DNA of 64,000 nt from a virus. This document shows, piece after piece, positions 22,203 to 32,135 of the stretch; position 1 is the stretch's first letter, and the number at the start of each line of letters is the position of its first letter. The position numbers were made by a program, and so were the translations under genes. A model generated the notes under the pieces. That model had not been told where the DNA came from, made no database searches, and was given only the letters and a program-made list of their open reading frames with translations. Where the stretch lies: UHGV virus genome UHGV-0036384. The stretch is one strand, 5' to 3'.

Positions 22203-22931
22203 ATGAAAGGCGAAGTGAAAGAGCGCGGCATGATTTTCAACGATGAGATGGTCCGAGCCATCCTCGAAGGAAGGAAAACGCAGACGCGGCGGATAATGAA
22301 AAATCAGCCTGCGGAAGTTGGTCCAGAAGCACCAGTGATGGTTAGGGAAATTGGTGCAGGTTTTCAGTGGTACGGGGCTGATGGTGTAAGCAGTGTTTTC
22401 AATTGCCCCTTTGGTATCGTCGGCGATCGAATTTGGGTTCGTGAAACATGGGCGATATTAGGCAATGAAGATGGTTGCAGTGTGGACTGGAACGACAACC
22501 TTTGTCGTGGCGATGAGAAGAACGCAGCAAGGATTTATCGGGCCAGTTGTGAGCAAAAGCCTGGTGATTACGGTTTATGGTCGATACCCGATGATGCCGA
22601 CTGGAAACCTCACACTGTGAATGAAAAGTTTGATGGTGGGTGGCGTCCATCAATTCACATGCCGCGATGGGCATCACGCATCCTGTTGGAAATTACCAAC
22701 GTGCGCGTTGAGCGGTTGAACGATATCAGCGAATGCGATGCAAGGGATGAGGGCGTTCCGCCTGCTGGAAGTTTGCTTCCTGATCACCCGGGAACATTCC
22801 TTACTCCCAAGGGGGATTTCGCAATGGCCAAGGTTGCGTTCCAGCGTCTGTGGGAATCCATCTATGGTGAAGAAAGCTGGAACGCTAATCCCTGGGTGTG
22901 GGTAATCGAGTTTAAGCGCATTCAGGAATAA
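22203..22931 (+). CDS. ASCH-like phage protein, hypothetical (242 aa)
   Basis: GGGGGA SD before ATG; N-terminal FNDEMVRAILEGRKTQTRR resembles ASCH-domain proteins; inference. Confidence 0.4.
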   Translation: MKGEVKERGMIFNDEMVRAILEGRKTQTRRIMKNQPAEVGPEAPVMVREIGAGFQWYGADGVSSVFNCPFGIVGDRIWVRETWAILGNEDGCSVDWNDNLCRGDEKNAARIYRASCEQKPGDYGLWSIPDDADWKPHTVNEKFDGGWRPSIHMPRWASRILLEITNVRVERLNDISECDARDEGVPPAGSLLPDHPGTFLTPKGDFAMAKVAFQRLWESIYGEESWNANPWVWVIEFKRIQE

Positions 22932-23014
22932 ACCGTGAGTATGCATCAAATCGTCAGTTTTTCAGGTGGACGAGCATCGGCCTGTCTCGTTCATCTGTTC
23001 GAATAGGTAGTGGC

Positions 23015-23218
23015 ATGACAATCGTAAAAACCCATACCGGCACCGTGATCACCAAAGACGGTCCGCAGGTAAAAAAACTGCACCAAACAGAGCGGATGTG
23101 GGTCGTCGGCAAAAACGAGTTTTACCACAAAGAAACTGGACGCCGCCATTTTGCAGAAAATACGCGCCGCCGACTGCTGTTAGACACCATCAAGCCTATC
23201 GAGGTGAAGCATGTTTAA
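23015..23218 (+). CDS. small hypothetical protein (67 aa)
   Basis: ORF only. Confidence 0.3.
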   Translation: MTIVKTHTGTVITKDGPQVKKLHQTERMWVVGKNEFYHKETGRRHFAENTRRRLLLDTIKPIEVKHV

Positions 23219-23450
23219 ACAGAACGAAAAGGCTATCGCTCAAATTGCTGATTATATCCCGCGTGCGTGCCGGGGTATGCAGTTGCAGGAAGCCAAAGCG
23301 CGCCTGGAGAAAAAAATTGCGCTCTATATTGATGACGGCTGTGATGCTGCTGTTCTTAACGCAGCGTTCGCGCCAGCTCTTAACAGTCATACGCGGGAGT
23401 CTTTTTTTTCGCGCATCGCAGCGCAGATCCGTAAAGGAGGCAACCAGTGA
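23211..23450 (+). CDS. small protein ending in QIRKGGNQ (79 aa), cassette member
   Basis: C-terminus and stop/start junction repeated at the next gene boundary. Confidence 0.4.
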   Translation: MFKQNEKAIAQIADYIPRACRGMQLQEAKARLEKKIALYIDDGCDAAVLNAAFAPALNSHTRESFFSRIAAQIRKGGNQ

Positions 23451-24172
23451 GCGAAATTAACTATAAAGAACTGCGCGAGGCGGCGAAACAGGCAACGCAA
23501 GATGAATGGGTAGCATATATTTTGCCGGGTCATAACGGCATTTATCCTGCGCGCACGTCTGAGGGTAGGCATTGCGGATACTTTATTGACTGGCCTAGCG
23601 TCTGTCAGGGGCGGGAGAGCATCAACATGAGCATCAGAACCTACGCAGTGAATTGCAATGACGCATGGCTAAACACCGAAGGTGATGACATCTCCGGCTC
23701 ATACGTTAAGTACAAAGACCATCAGGAAGTGGTTGCCGCTCTTGAGGCCAAGTGCGCGGCGCTGGCGGCGGAGAATGAGCTGGCTCGTAAGGCAGTTCAG
23801 GCATTCTGCGATGTTGTTGGCGACAACACCGAGGTTATCGCTGAGGAGGTTGGGCGAGATGGCGTTCTGGTTATTTTGGGGGCCATGAAGGCAACAGGAA
23901 ATATTTCAGCCACCGATGCTTTTCTGGCTGAAATTCGTGCGGAAGCACGCAACGAGGGGATTAACTATACCGCCAGCCGTCTTGCTGCTGCGTTCAATCA
24001 CGGATTTATCAATAAGTCTTTGCGTGAAGTTTTCGACGTTACGCGCATGATTCTGTCAGCGAAAGAAGAGTTGGCTAATGAACCGTACCCGATTGATGGC
24101 CTGTCCGGTGAATATGCGGAGAAATCCCTTGAAGAATGGGCGGAACAGATTCGCAAAGGAGGCAACCAGTGA
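23447..24172 (+). CDS. modular paralog (GTG start, MSEINYKELRE..., ends EQIRKGGNQ; 241 aa)
   Basis: Conserved AAAGGAGGCAACCAGTGAGC junction supplies SD plus GTG start; shares N-terminal module with the next gene and C-terminal module with the previous one. Confidence 0.45.
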   Translation: MSEINYKELREAAKQATQDEWVAYILPGHNGIYPARTSEGRHCGYFIDWPSVCQGRESINMSIRTYAVNCNDAWLNTEGDDISGSYVKYKDHQEVVAALEAKCAALAAENELARKAVQAFCDVVGDNTEVIAEEVGRDGVLVILGAMKATGNISATDAFLAEIRAEARNEGINYTASRLAAAFNHGFINKSLREVFDVTRMILSAKEELANEPYPIDGLSGEYAEKSLEEWAEQIRKGGNQ

Positions 24173-24867
24173 GCAAGATTGACTATCAGGTACTGCGTGA
24201 AAAGGCAGAAAAAGCAACGTGTGGTGAGTGGTCTCTCGAATATGGAGAGAGCCGATTTGATGGTGATGATGCACTAATTCATCGTGAAGTTGCTGGATAT
24301 ATTCCCATTTGCAGAATTGAAGGAGCGCATCCAGAAAGCCGTTTCTATGAAGATTTCCAAATGGAGCAGCAGGCCAATGCTGAATTCATCGCCGCAGCCA
24401 ATCCAGCTACCGTGCTGGCACTGCTGGATGAACGGGAAAGAAACCTGCAATACATCAAAAGCCGCGATCAGGAGAACGAGGATATTGCGCTTACGGTTGG
24501 GAAGCTGAGAGTTGAGCTTGAGGAGACAAAATCAAAACTCAACGAGCAGCGTGAGTATTACGAAGGTGTTATCTCGGATGGGAGTAAGCGCATTGCTGAA
24601 CTAGAGGAGCGGGAAATAAAACCAGCCAAAGGTGAAGTTCTGGTCGTTGTATCTGGTTTTACTGGTTGCGGAAAAAGCGCCATTGCCGGGGAAATAGAAA
24701 TCGCGATGAAGGCTATTGGTGTACCGGTTAAGTGGACTAATGGCGATGCAGAAAAGCGCATGACTGGCGCTGACTGGCTGACTGCGATTGAGATGTACAA
24801 ACCAACTGTGCGCATCGTGGAAGTTAATGTGCCACGCGCCCCTGGCATTCGCATCAAAGGAGAGTGA
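24169..24867 (+). CDS. modular paralog (GTG start, MSKIDYQVLRE...; ~232 aa)
   Basis: Same conserved junction and paralogous N-terminus. Confidence 0.45.
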   Translation: MSKIDYQVLREKAEKATCGEWSLEYGESRFDGDDALIHREVAGYIPICRIEGAHPESRFYEDFQMEQQANAEFIAAANPATVLALLDERERNLQYIKSRDQENEDIALTVGKLRVELEETKSKLNEQREYYEGVISDGSKRIAELEEREIKPAKGEVLVVVSGFTGCGKSAIAGEIEIAMKAIGVPVKWTNGDAEKRMTGADWLTAIEMYKPTVRIVEVNVPRAPGIRIKGE

Positions 24868-24868
24868 T

Positions 24869-25078
24869 ATGGCTATCGCTGCAAGTTACACCATGCATCT
24901 CTATTGTGACTGCCGCCAGTGTACGGAAGGTGTATATCCAGTGCCAGACTTCGGTGAGTATATCGGTACGTCATGGTCTGGTTGTGCAAAAGAGGCCCGT
25001 AAAGACGGGTGGCGAATAAGTAAAGACAAAACACGTGCTTTTGCGCCCGGGCATAAAGTTTTGAGGATTAACAAATGA
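24869..25078 (+). CDS. small Cys-rich protein (69 aa)
   Basis: AAAGGAGAG SD before ATG; CDCRQC...C motif. Confidence 0.4.
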   Translation: MAIAASYTMHLYCDCRQCTEGVYPVPDFGEYIGTSWSGCAKEARKDGWRISKDKTRAFAPGHKVLRINK

Positions 25079-26250
25079 CCACTATTACCAAAGAACGTAT
25101 CGAATTATTCATTAAAAATCCGCTTGATAACGGGCTTACCCGTGGCGAACAAATGGAACTGGCACGAATTGCACTGGCCTCGCTTGAGGCAGAGCCAGTT
25201 GGTGCATTCCACATTGCTGAACAGCAAGTTGACGGCACAAGTGACTACATCAAGGATGGAGAGTGGCCTATTGATAATGGGATTATTGAAGTCTACGCCG
25301 CTCCGCCAGTACCGGTAGTACCTGCTGCATTACCTGAGAACGACGATGAGGACGGGCATGACATTGATTATCTTGAGCCATCTGAAGTTTACGCGCTTGG
25401 GCGAACAGCTGGATGGAACGCCTGCCGCGCCGCCATGCTTCAGTCCGGAAACTTTCGGGAAAACAAGAATTCGTCAACCAATAATTTTCGGGAAATCGCG
25501 GAAACGTCAACCAACTATCCGGTAATTCCTAGTGAGGTGTTGTCCGCAATCCTGAAGGTTGCCAAGATTCGTGCCGATTTCGATGATTTTGACGGTGACA
25601 GGCGAGGTATCGGTGATTGTCTGGATGAGGCTGAGCAAGAGCTTATCGTTACCATTAACAAATATGCCAGTCAGTTGGCAGCAGAACCGATAGCGACTAA
25701 TGACGTTCGAGAGCAAACAGCCGTTCCGCCAATACAGGCTGATGTCGCGCAAGCAATTGAAAATCTCAAGCAGAAGTTAGTGGAATGCAATCGCTATAAC
25801 TACTGCGCAGATGCAGTGAAGAACGTAGAGGATGCCTGCCGTGCTGTTAGCTATAGCCAAGCCGACAATCAGCCAGCATCTGGCAACCAGGCTGCCGAAT
25901 CCAATCGCGGTAATGAGTGGACTGGCAATCCTGATATTGATAACGCCATCATCATGCTCGACCGCATAGATACGCTGGAAAATTGCGATGATGACCGTAT
26001 TGAGGCTGTTAAGGCTGTTTTGCGTAGACTGGCTGGCAACTCTCCGGTAACTCCGGATAGTTGGATAAGCTGTAGTGAGCGAATGCCCGCTCAAGATGAT
26101 TGGATTTTAATTTATTCAAAGCACGGCGAGTATATGGCAGGCCAGGTGCAAGGGGAATACGTGGAGTTGAGCGACGGCACTTTATCGTGGTTAGGGAACG
26201 CCTTGTTCTGGATGCCGCTACCAGAACCGCCGCAGGAGGTGAATCAATGA
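25075..26250 (+). CDS. acidic hypothetical protein (391 aa)
   Basis: ORF translationally coupled to neighbours. Confidence 0.45.
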   Translation: MTTITKERIELFIKNPLDNGLTRGEQMELARIALASLEAEPVGAFHIAEQQVDGTSDYIKDGEWPIDNGIIEVYAAPPVPVVPAALPENDDEDGHDIDYLEPSEVYALGRTAGWNACRAAMLQSGNFRENKNSSTNNFREIAETSTNYPVIPSEVLSAILKVAKIRADFDDFDGDRRGIGDCLDEAEQELIVTINKYASQLAAEPIATNDVREQTAVPPIQADVAQAIENLKQKLVECNRYNYCADAVKNVEDACRAVSYSQADNQPASGNQAAESNRGNEWTGNPDIDNAIIMLDRIDTLENCDDDRIEAVKAVLRRLAGNSPVTPDSWISCSERMPAQDDWILIYSKHGEYMAGQVQGEYVELSDGTLSWLGNALFWMPLPEPPQEVNQ

Positions 26251-26330
26251 GCTGGCCTGAAGCATTCACCACGGTAGGAATTGTGATGGCGGCAGCACTG
26301 GGTTTGTATTCAATTTGTCGCTGGTGGTAA
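26247..26330 (+). CDS. 27-aa hydrophobic peptide (MSWPEAFTTVGIVMAAALGLYSICRWW)
   Basis: Strong AGGAGG SD 7 nt upstream; ATGA overlap with the upstream stop; single TM-like helix. Confidence 0.35.
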   Translation: MSWPEAFTTVGIVMAAALGLYSICRWW

Positions 26331-26566
26331 CGATGGGAAAAATAACTTTTGTAGTCGAATTTGAGGATGGCAAAGAGCCACCTGTTAGCGCCAATCTTGA
26401 TGTTGCTGGTGGCAGGCTTGTTTCGGTTCTATTTGGTGACTACCGAGATGACTTCTTCCAACCAGAAGAAGTTGATGTAGTGCGAGAGGCATTAAACGAG
26501 TTAAGTGTTGATAACGATGATGCTCATGCGGAAATCATCCAAAAAATGGAACTGCTAACTCACTAA
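26315..26566 (+). CDS. small acidic protein (~77-83 aa)
   Basis: ORF only. Confidence 0.35.
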   Translation: MSLVVTMGKITFVVEFEDGKEPPVSANLDVAGGRLVSVLFGDYRDDFFQPEEVDVVREALNELSVDNDDAHAEIIQKMELLTH

Positions 26567-26744
26567 ATTATCAATTATGGTGCTATCACCTACGACACCG
26601 AGAGAAAATTTATAATGTCAAAAGTAAATGTTTTGATTTTTTCAGCAATTGTTGGCTTTGGTTTTACTGCCGGAGTGCAGATTTATATTACGTGGGAAAA
26701 AATCATCAACTACGCATGGAGTTGTTTTATTAAGTGAGGTAAGT

Positions 26745-27038
26745 ATGTGGAGAGGTAATAGTCATGGCAAAAGCCAGATGATACTTACCGAATATCAGTT
26801 TGACCATAAAACCAATAAATCACGTTCAGTATATTTGCTTCGGCACAATAGCCGCGTAAGGAATACCGTGCTGGAGCAAAATCTGACTGTTGAAATAGAT
26901 AATTACGGGGGCTTCAAGCCAACAATTTCGCTTGATGATTTTCCTCGTGGTTTAAGCGAAAGAGAAGCAATGCTGAAATTAGCAGAATGGCTACAAAGAT
27001 TAAGCATTGCTATTGAAGATAACTGGTCTGAACCTTAA
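26745..27038 (+). CDS. hypothetical protein (~97 aa)
   Basis: GAGGT SD before internal ATG at 26745. Confidence 0.35.
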   Translation: MWRGNSHGKSQMILTEYQFDHKTNKSRSVYLLRHNSRVRNTVLEQNLTVEIDNYGGFKPTISLDDFPRGLSEREAMLKLAEWLQRLSIAIEDNWSEP

Positions 27039-27044
27039 ATTTAT

Positions 27045-27419
27045 ATGATGACACTAAAACATTTTCTTGACCGCCCATTATGGGCGGCAGCCGCAGGCTA
27101 TGACTTTAATTATATGGATTGCATGTCTTATACCGCCAATGCATACGACTATTCCTTCAGTCTGCTGCTTAATTCTTTAAGAATATTGCCGCAAACAGAA
27201 GTTGGAGAGCTTCATTTATGGCTATTGGGCTTTATCGCGGCTGGAGTTGGTATTGCTGTATGGCCTTTTATTTTCTGGCTGGTGGCTGTTGTAGTGTGGT
27301 TTAAGTGCAAGACGTACCGGAGAAAGTATTTCTTAGGTGATGGAATGACTGATATTGCCAAAATGAACATTGAAAGATGGACTAAGGAATGTGAAAAGAA
27401 ATGGCGCAAAAAGAAATGA
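27045..27419 (+). CDS. membrane protein (124 aa)
   Basis: Two hydrophobic helices (LWLLGFIAAGVGIAVWPFIFWLVAVVVWF). Confidence 0.45.
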   Translation: MMTLKHFLDRPLWAAAAGYDFNYMDCMSYTANAYDYSFSLLLNSLRILPQTEVGELHLWLLGFIAAGVGIAVWPFIFWLVAVVVWFKCKTYRRKYFLGDGMTDIAKMNIERWTKECEKKWRKKK

Positions 27420-28333
27420 CCAGAATCACTGAAGAGCGTATATCAGAGATTATTTCCCGTATCGAAATGTATGGTCACGGTGCTGGATATACGGCAGATG
27501 AAGTATTGGCACTTGCCCAAATGGCTTTGGCGGCTTGCAAAGATGATAAAAAAATGAAGTTTATCGACTTGTTAGTGAAGGAACTGCCTAAGTGCGGCGG
27601 GTGGCCTGATGGAATGAGTTATTGTTACCTACCCAGTGTCAATTTAATGGCACCATGCGCGACTTTTGCTTTTGGCTCAGACCACAAAAAAGACACTTTC
27701 TTTGGGCGCAATTTTTGTTGTGAGATTGAGCTTCCAATTGGTGACCTTGATAGCGATGAATACCAGTCAGTTGTCACTCGCGAACAATACGAATCAGCTC
27801 TCATAGCGTCGCAGAAAGTCGAGTTCAATGGTGATGAACTTGAAAGTAAGACTTACAGGTTGGATTTTGGGCAATGGCTGGAACAGCAACGCGGGAAAAT
27901 CGATGTGGACTGTGGTTGTGTGTCCACTGAAACATTCATGCACTGGCTGCGGGTAGCTTACGAGGCTGGCAACTATCCGGATATTCCGGATAGTTCGGTG
28001 CCAGCACCAGGAAAGGGCGTCACCGGTGAACGTATCCGAATTAAGCCGCATGTTTATCGCGAACTGGTTAACCGTCTCCACGATACAGCGATCAAGTGTG
28101 CTGGCACCCAGCAATTACGAGAAAGAATTAGCCGTGTTTTGGGCGACGTTATTACACCAGATCATCATAAACAAGCCGAGAAAAGTGGCCTGGAAAGGTG
28201 TCACCTTGAGGCGGCATTAAACATTAAGCCGGGGCATACGCTTGGCATTATTGATGCACTATTGGTTCATAAGATGGCCAGGGCTTTATTGCCGCTGGTG
28301 GATGCTGGCGATACAAGCGAGGGTGAAGTATGA
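27401..28333 (+). CDS. hypothetical protein (310 aa)
   Basis: ORF coupled to neighbours; Cys-rich segments. Confidence 0.45.
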   Translation: MAQKEMTRITEERISEIISRIEMYGHGAGYTADEVLALAQMALAACKDDKKMKFIDLLVKELPKCGGWPDGMSYCYLPSVNLMAPCATFAFGSDHKKDTFFGRNFCCEIELPIGDLDSDEYQSVVTREQYESALIASQKVEFNGDELESKTYRLDFGQWLEQQRGKIDVDCGCVSTETFMHWLRVAYEAGNYPDIPDSSVPAPGKGVTGERIRIKPHVYRELVNRLHDTAIKCAGTQQLRERISRVLGDVITPDHHKQAEKSGLERCHLEAALNIKPGHTLGIIDALLVHKMARALLPLVDAGDTSEGEV

Positions 28334-28692
28334 GAGTTGCAGATCACATCAAACACCTTGAAAGAATTATCGAAAACGGTGAACTCTTAAGAGATCAGAT
28401 GAGACGCACGGCAGAAGTCAGAGAGGCGATAATCCGCAGTCAGGCTGGTAAATTAAAGCAATTATCAGAGATTAACGCGCTATACAAGAACAGACGTAAC
28501 CGGGCGGCGCTGCGGCTTCAGAAAGCACGTAATGAAATTAAATTGGTGGAGGCAAAACTGAAAAAACAGATTCAGCGTTACGATCAGCAAGATGCTTTTT
28601 ATGCCGCCATCAAGGCGGCTGCTAATGAAATAGGCATCTGGAAGTTGCTGGTGGAGAAAGCAAAGACGAAGTTAAATGCCAACGAAAGCTGA
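28330..28692 (+). CDS. coiled-coil protein (120 aa)
   Basis: ORF with ATGA overlap to the upstream gene; heptad-rich. Confidence 0.45.
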   Translation: MRVADHIKHLERIIENGELLRDQMRRTAEVREAIIRSQAGKLKQLSEINALYKNRRNRAALRLQKARNEIKLVEAKLKKQIQRYDQQDAFYAAIKAAANEIGIWKLLVEKAKTKLNANES

Positions 28693-28766
28693 ACTACAGG
28701 TACCCACCAGCACATACAGAAAATGATTGTTTCCACATCAAGGAGATTTTAATGTTTCACTGAACA

Positions 28767-28904
28767 TTAAGTAAGCCAGTGCATAATTCCATTTTTTACT
28801 GACCTTAAAAGCAAAATCAAAACGATGATGAGGATGATCGCCAGAATCTGGCTAATAACAGGCGCATCTAAAAATGCACTCAGGAACTGAAAAAAAGCAG
28901 TCAT
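28767..28904 (-). CDS. 45-aa hydrophobic peptide (MTAFFQFLSAFLDAPVISQILAIILIIVLILLLRSVKNGIMHWLT), toxin-like
   Basis: Not in the supplied ORF track (under 60 aa); AAGGAA SD about 8 nt upstream; one strongly hydrophobic helix with basic C-terminal flank. Confidence 0.3.
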   Translation of the reverse strand: MTAFFQFLSAFLDAPVISQILAIILIIVLILLLRSVKNGIMHWLT

Positions 28905-29353
28905 TAAGGTGGTTCCTTGTCAAATGTAAAGGAGCACTTGCTCACGTTGACGTAGAAACCCAACCCCTATATAGTTGGATTCGGTGAAAGAAAGTCGTTA
29001 ACGTGAGCTTACGGCACATGTTTTCGGAACAACATCAGGGAACGGCTAATTCCTTGATGCGGATGGGGTCTGTAATGCAGACCCTATCTATTAACGTCAT
29101 GATTGCATCTCAAATTTTCTCCTTATCTTCATTAATCAAAATTCATTTCATTTGTGAAACATCACAATATTTAGAAAATGGCCCTCTTGCAAGTGCATAA
29201 CTTTGTGGATAAATCAGGAAGAAAAAAGTTGATTCTGCGCACGGCAAGGCAGATAAGCTGTGCACAAAAATCAATGGGAAAAGAAAAAAAATTAAAAGTT
29301 ACTTTGCTGGTTAAATAATAGTCGTTACGCAATTGTTCTGGATGGGATTTGAT

Positions 29354-29605
29354 ATGCACGATTGGAATATTGCAGCTAAAAGTCAGGAAGAACGGGATAA
29401 GGTTAACGTTGATCTGGCTGCCAGCGGTGTGGCGTACAAAGAGCGATTGAACATACCTGTCATAGCTGAACAGGTAGCCCGCGAGCAACCAGAGAATCTG
29501 CGCACCTATTTCATGGAACGGTTACGGCACTATCGGCAGTTAAGCCTCCAGTTGCCAAAAGGGAGCGATCCGGTGTATCAGAACGAGGATGCACCAAAAA
29601 AATAA
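29354..29605 (+). CDS. hot: homolog of DNA polymerase III theta subunit (HolE-like, Hot)
   Basis: [43 protein letters not shown] aligns with E. coli HolE as recalled. Confidence 0.8.
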   Translation: MHDWNIAAKSQEERDKVNVDLAASGVAYKERLNIPVIAEQVAREQPENLRTYFMERLRHYRQLSLQLPKGSDPVYQNEDAPKK

Positions 29606-29690
29606 CGGCAAGATGGGGGAGAAATGTGATTAGCCCCCAGCGTGGCGCGCCTACAAACCCCGCTTTCACAAACTATGCCTTTTCAATGTA

Positions 29691-29710
29691 TACTGTATGA
29701 ATAAACAGTA
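29691..29710 (+). promoter_or_regulatory. LexA (SOS) box upstream of humD
   Basis: TACTGTATGAATAAACAGTA matches CTGT-N8-ACAG. Confidence 0.75.
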
Positions 29711-29728
29711 TCATTGAGGTAAAACGCT

Positions 29729-30118
29729 ATGGGCTTCCCTTCTCCTGCGGCGGATTATGTTGAAAGCCGAATTTCTCTTGATCAGCAGATAATTAGACAT
29801 CCTTCAGCGACCTACTTCATGCGGGCAGCTGATAGCCATCACCGTGAGGGAATATTGCAGGGTGCTTTGCTGGTGGTTGATTCCTCGCTTACTCCGGTTG
29901 ATGGTTCTCTGCTTGTGTGCGCTATGGAGGGTGAATATCGCATAAAGAGATACAGGAAGTATCCGCGCCAGCACCTGGAGGATTTAAGCACCGGGAAGAA
30001 AGAGGCGTTACCAGTAGATGACGATGGATACACGGGCAGTAATGCTGTTTTTGGTGTGATCACTCATGTCATCAATGATGCCCGAAGTGGGGAATTTGAT
30101 GATTGTCCGGTTATTTAA
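29729..30118 (+). CDS. humD: UmuD'-like protein HumD (129 aa)
   Basis: UmuD/LexA C-terminal fold signature (ATYFMRAADS, LLVVDSS, GEYRIKRY). Confidence 0.85.
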   Translation: MGFPSPAADYVESRISLDQQIIRHPSATYFMRAADSHHREGILQGALLVVDSSLTPVDGSLLVCAMEGEYRIKRYRKYPRQHLEDLSTGKKEALPVDDDGYTGSNAVFGVITHVINDARSGEFDDCPVI

Positions 30119-30190
30119 GCTGCAAAGTGCTGGTGCTTTATGCCTGTGAAGTTTATAATTGTGTACACATAACGAGTACACGAGGTGTTT

Positions 30191-30412
30191 ATGCAATCCA
30201 TTAACTTCCGTACCGCGCGTGGCAACCTTTCTGAAGTGCTCAACAATGTTGAAGCCGGGGAAGAGGTTGAAATCACCCGCAGAGGCCGTGAGCCAGCAGT
30301 AATTGTCAGCAAGGCTACTTTCGAAGCCTACAAAAAAGCGGCGCTGGATGCTGAATTTGCATCCCTGTTTGACACCCTGGACTCCACCAACAAGGAACTG
30401 GTTAACCGATAA
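30191..30412 (+). CDS. phd: Phd antitoxin (73 aa)
   Basis: [49 protein letters not shown] matches P1 Phd as recalled. Confidence 0.9.
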   Translation: MQSINFRTARGNLSEVLNNVEAGEEVEITRRGREPAVIVSKATFEAYKKAALDAEFASLFDTLDSTNKELVNR

Positions 30413-30792
30413 TGAGGCATATATCACCGGAAGAACTTATTGCGCTTCATGATGCGAATATAAACCGCTACGGCGGCCTGCCGGGAATGTCTGATCCGGG
30501 CAGGGCAGAGGCCATTATCGGGAGAGTTCAGGCCAGAGTTGCCTACGAAGAGATCACCGACCTTTTCGAAGTCTCCGCCACCTACCTGGTGGCTACAGCG
30601 AGAGGGCATATATTCAATGATGCCAATAAGCGTACCGCGCTAAACAGTGCGCTGTTATTTCTACGCCGTAACGGGGTGCAGGTATTTGATTCACCTGAAC
30701 TGGCAGACCTTACCGTAGGGGCTGCGACCGGAGAGATATCTGTATCTTCTGTCGCCGACACGTTACGTAGATTGTATGGTTCTGCGGAGTAG
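30412..30792 (+). CDS. doc: Doc toxin (Fic-fold kinase, 126 aa)
   Basis: [22 protein letters not shown] with Fic-like HxFxDANKR motif ([11 protein letters not shown]); ATGA coupling with phd. Confidence 0.9.
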   Translation: MRHISPEELIALHDANINRYGGLPGMSDPGRAEAIIGRVQARVAYEEITDLFEVSATYLVATARGHIFNDANKRTALNSALLFLRRNGVQVFDSPELADLTVGAATGEISVSSVADTLRRLYGSAE

Positions 30793-30796
30793 ATTA

Positions 30797-30976
30797 ATGG
30801 CACGCAAATACAACAAATTGTCCCGTGAAGCGTTAAAGATGCTTCTTGATGGCGTGAGTCGCCGCGAGGTAAAGCAATACCTGGCTGGTAAGCAAATTGG
30901 TGCCAGGACCGCTATTGCTGTGTTATGCCGTCAGGAAATGGTTGTGCTTAAACAGAGAATGCCGGGCAGCAGATAA
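30797..30976 (+). CDS. small basic protein (59 aa)
   Basis: GGAG SD before ATG 30797. Confidence 0.35.
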   Translation: MARKYNKLSREALKMLLDGVSRREVKQYLAGKQIGARTAIAVLCRQEMVVLKQRMPGSR

Positions 30977-31003
30977 AGCCCAATCAGTGATTAAAGGTGT
31001 GAT

Positions 31004-32047
31004 GTGAAAGCCGTAATTACTCCCTTTGTACAGAAAGAGCTTGGCCTCGCCACGTTCAAAGTGGATCAGGAGGTCAGAAAGCTGGTGGAGGCTGGCCGTA
31101 AATTTATTATGGAGCCGGTGCCGCGTGAGTTAATCGAGCACATGGAAGACGGCCTCGTTGTTACCGAGCAAACCATGGCAACAAATGAGGCGTTGCAGCC
31201 GTTTTTTAACAGCGATGAACTGTTTCGCCGTATTGGTGGAATTGACGCGCTGGTGGCGTGGTTGCGTAGGAAAGAGGGTCAATGCCAGGCCGCAGATCGT
31301 AGTTGGTGTGACAACCATATTGTCCACGCTGAACGAGACAATAGCGCGGTGTTGTTGTGCTGGCATCACGATAACCATTACCGGATGCGTGGTTTTAATG
31401 AGCTGAAAGAAACGCTGCACAATAATCGCGTTAACTGGATACTGGATGTCGCCCGTCAGGAAATGGGCCTTTCAAATAGCCATGATTTAAGTATTCAGGA
31501 GCTGTGCTGGTGGGCTTTCATGCGCAACATGATGCACCTGATGCCGGAAGAAGTCTGCCGCATATCAATAAATAAGATGAAGGCTACTCCGCAGGATAGC
31601 GGACCTCTGAAAGAGGCGGATATTCGCCCGTATGACGATCGCGCTACAGCATATGTTCAGATGATGGAAGAACGCGCCGCGCCGATGCGTGCAAAAGTAT
31701 GCCCTGTGGATGTTGACGCCGACCCTGGCATGGCGCATTTCAAAATACCAAAACTTCAATCGCTAAAATTGCCCGAGTACATGGATTTTGTGGCTTCCCG
31801 TCCATGCTGTGGCTGTGGAGCTGCGGGAGCTGGCGCTCACATTACGCCTTATATCGTTCGTCATAGTCGATTATGCGCGCATGACATTTATGCTGTTCCT
31901 CTGTGCCAGTCATGCCAGCGTGATATTGAGCGTGACCGCGATAATTGGGAGAAGACGCACGGTAGGCTGGCGATGCATCAACGATTGTTCTTTGATTACG
32001 CGCTTGGAGTCGGCGCTATCACAAGTCATTCGTCGAGCGTTAGATAA
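31004..32047 (+). CDS. Cys/His-rich hypothetical protein (347 aa)
   Basis: Clusters CWHHDNH and PCCGCG...CQSCQ suggest metal binding. Confidence 0.45.
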   Translation: MKAVITPFVQKELGLATFKVDQEVRKLVEAGRKFIMEPVPRELIEHMEDGLVVTEQTMATNEALQPFFNSDELFRRIGGIDALVAWLRRKEGQCQAADRSWCDNHIVHAERDNSAVLLCWHHDNHYRMRGFNELKETLHNNRVNWILDVARQEMGLSNSHDLSIQELCWWAFMRNMMHLMPEEVCRISINKMKATPQDSGPLKEADIRPYDDRATAYVQMMEERAAPMRAKVCPVDVDADPGMAHFKIPKLQSLKLPEYMDFVASRPCCGCGAAGAGAHITPYIVRHSRLCAHDIYAVPLCQSCQRDIERDRDNWEKTHGRLAMHQRLFFDYALGVGAITSHSSSVR

Positions 32048-32064
32048 AATTGCTCTAATGTATT
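32048..32064 (+). promoter_or_regulatory. C1 operator-like site upstream of lpa
   Basis: ATTGCTCTAATGTATTG, about 13/17 match. Confidence 0.45.
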
Positions 32065-32135
32065 GCTATTTCTTTAATCGAGGGTATTATATTCGACGTT
32101 GATTAGTTGACATGGGCTAATCAGTAGGTGACAGG

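Noticed and set aside
28905-29110. Phage lytic origin or plasmid origin in the noncoding gap before hot
   Set aside because: It contains inverted repeats and a hairpin but no iterons or DnaA-box array I could recognise; treated only as a structured intergenic region.
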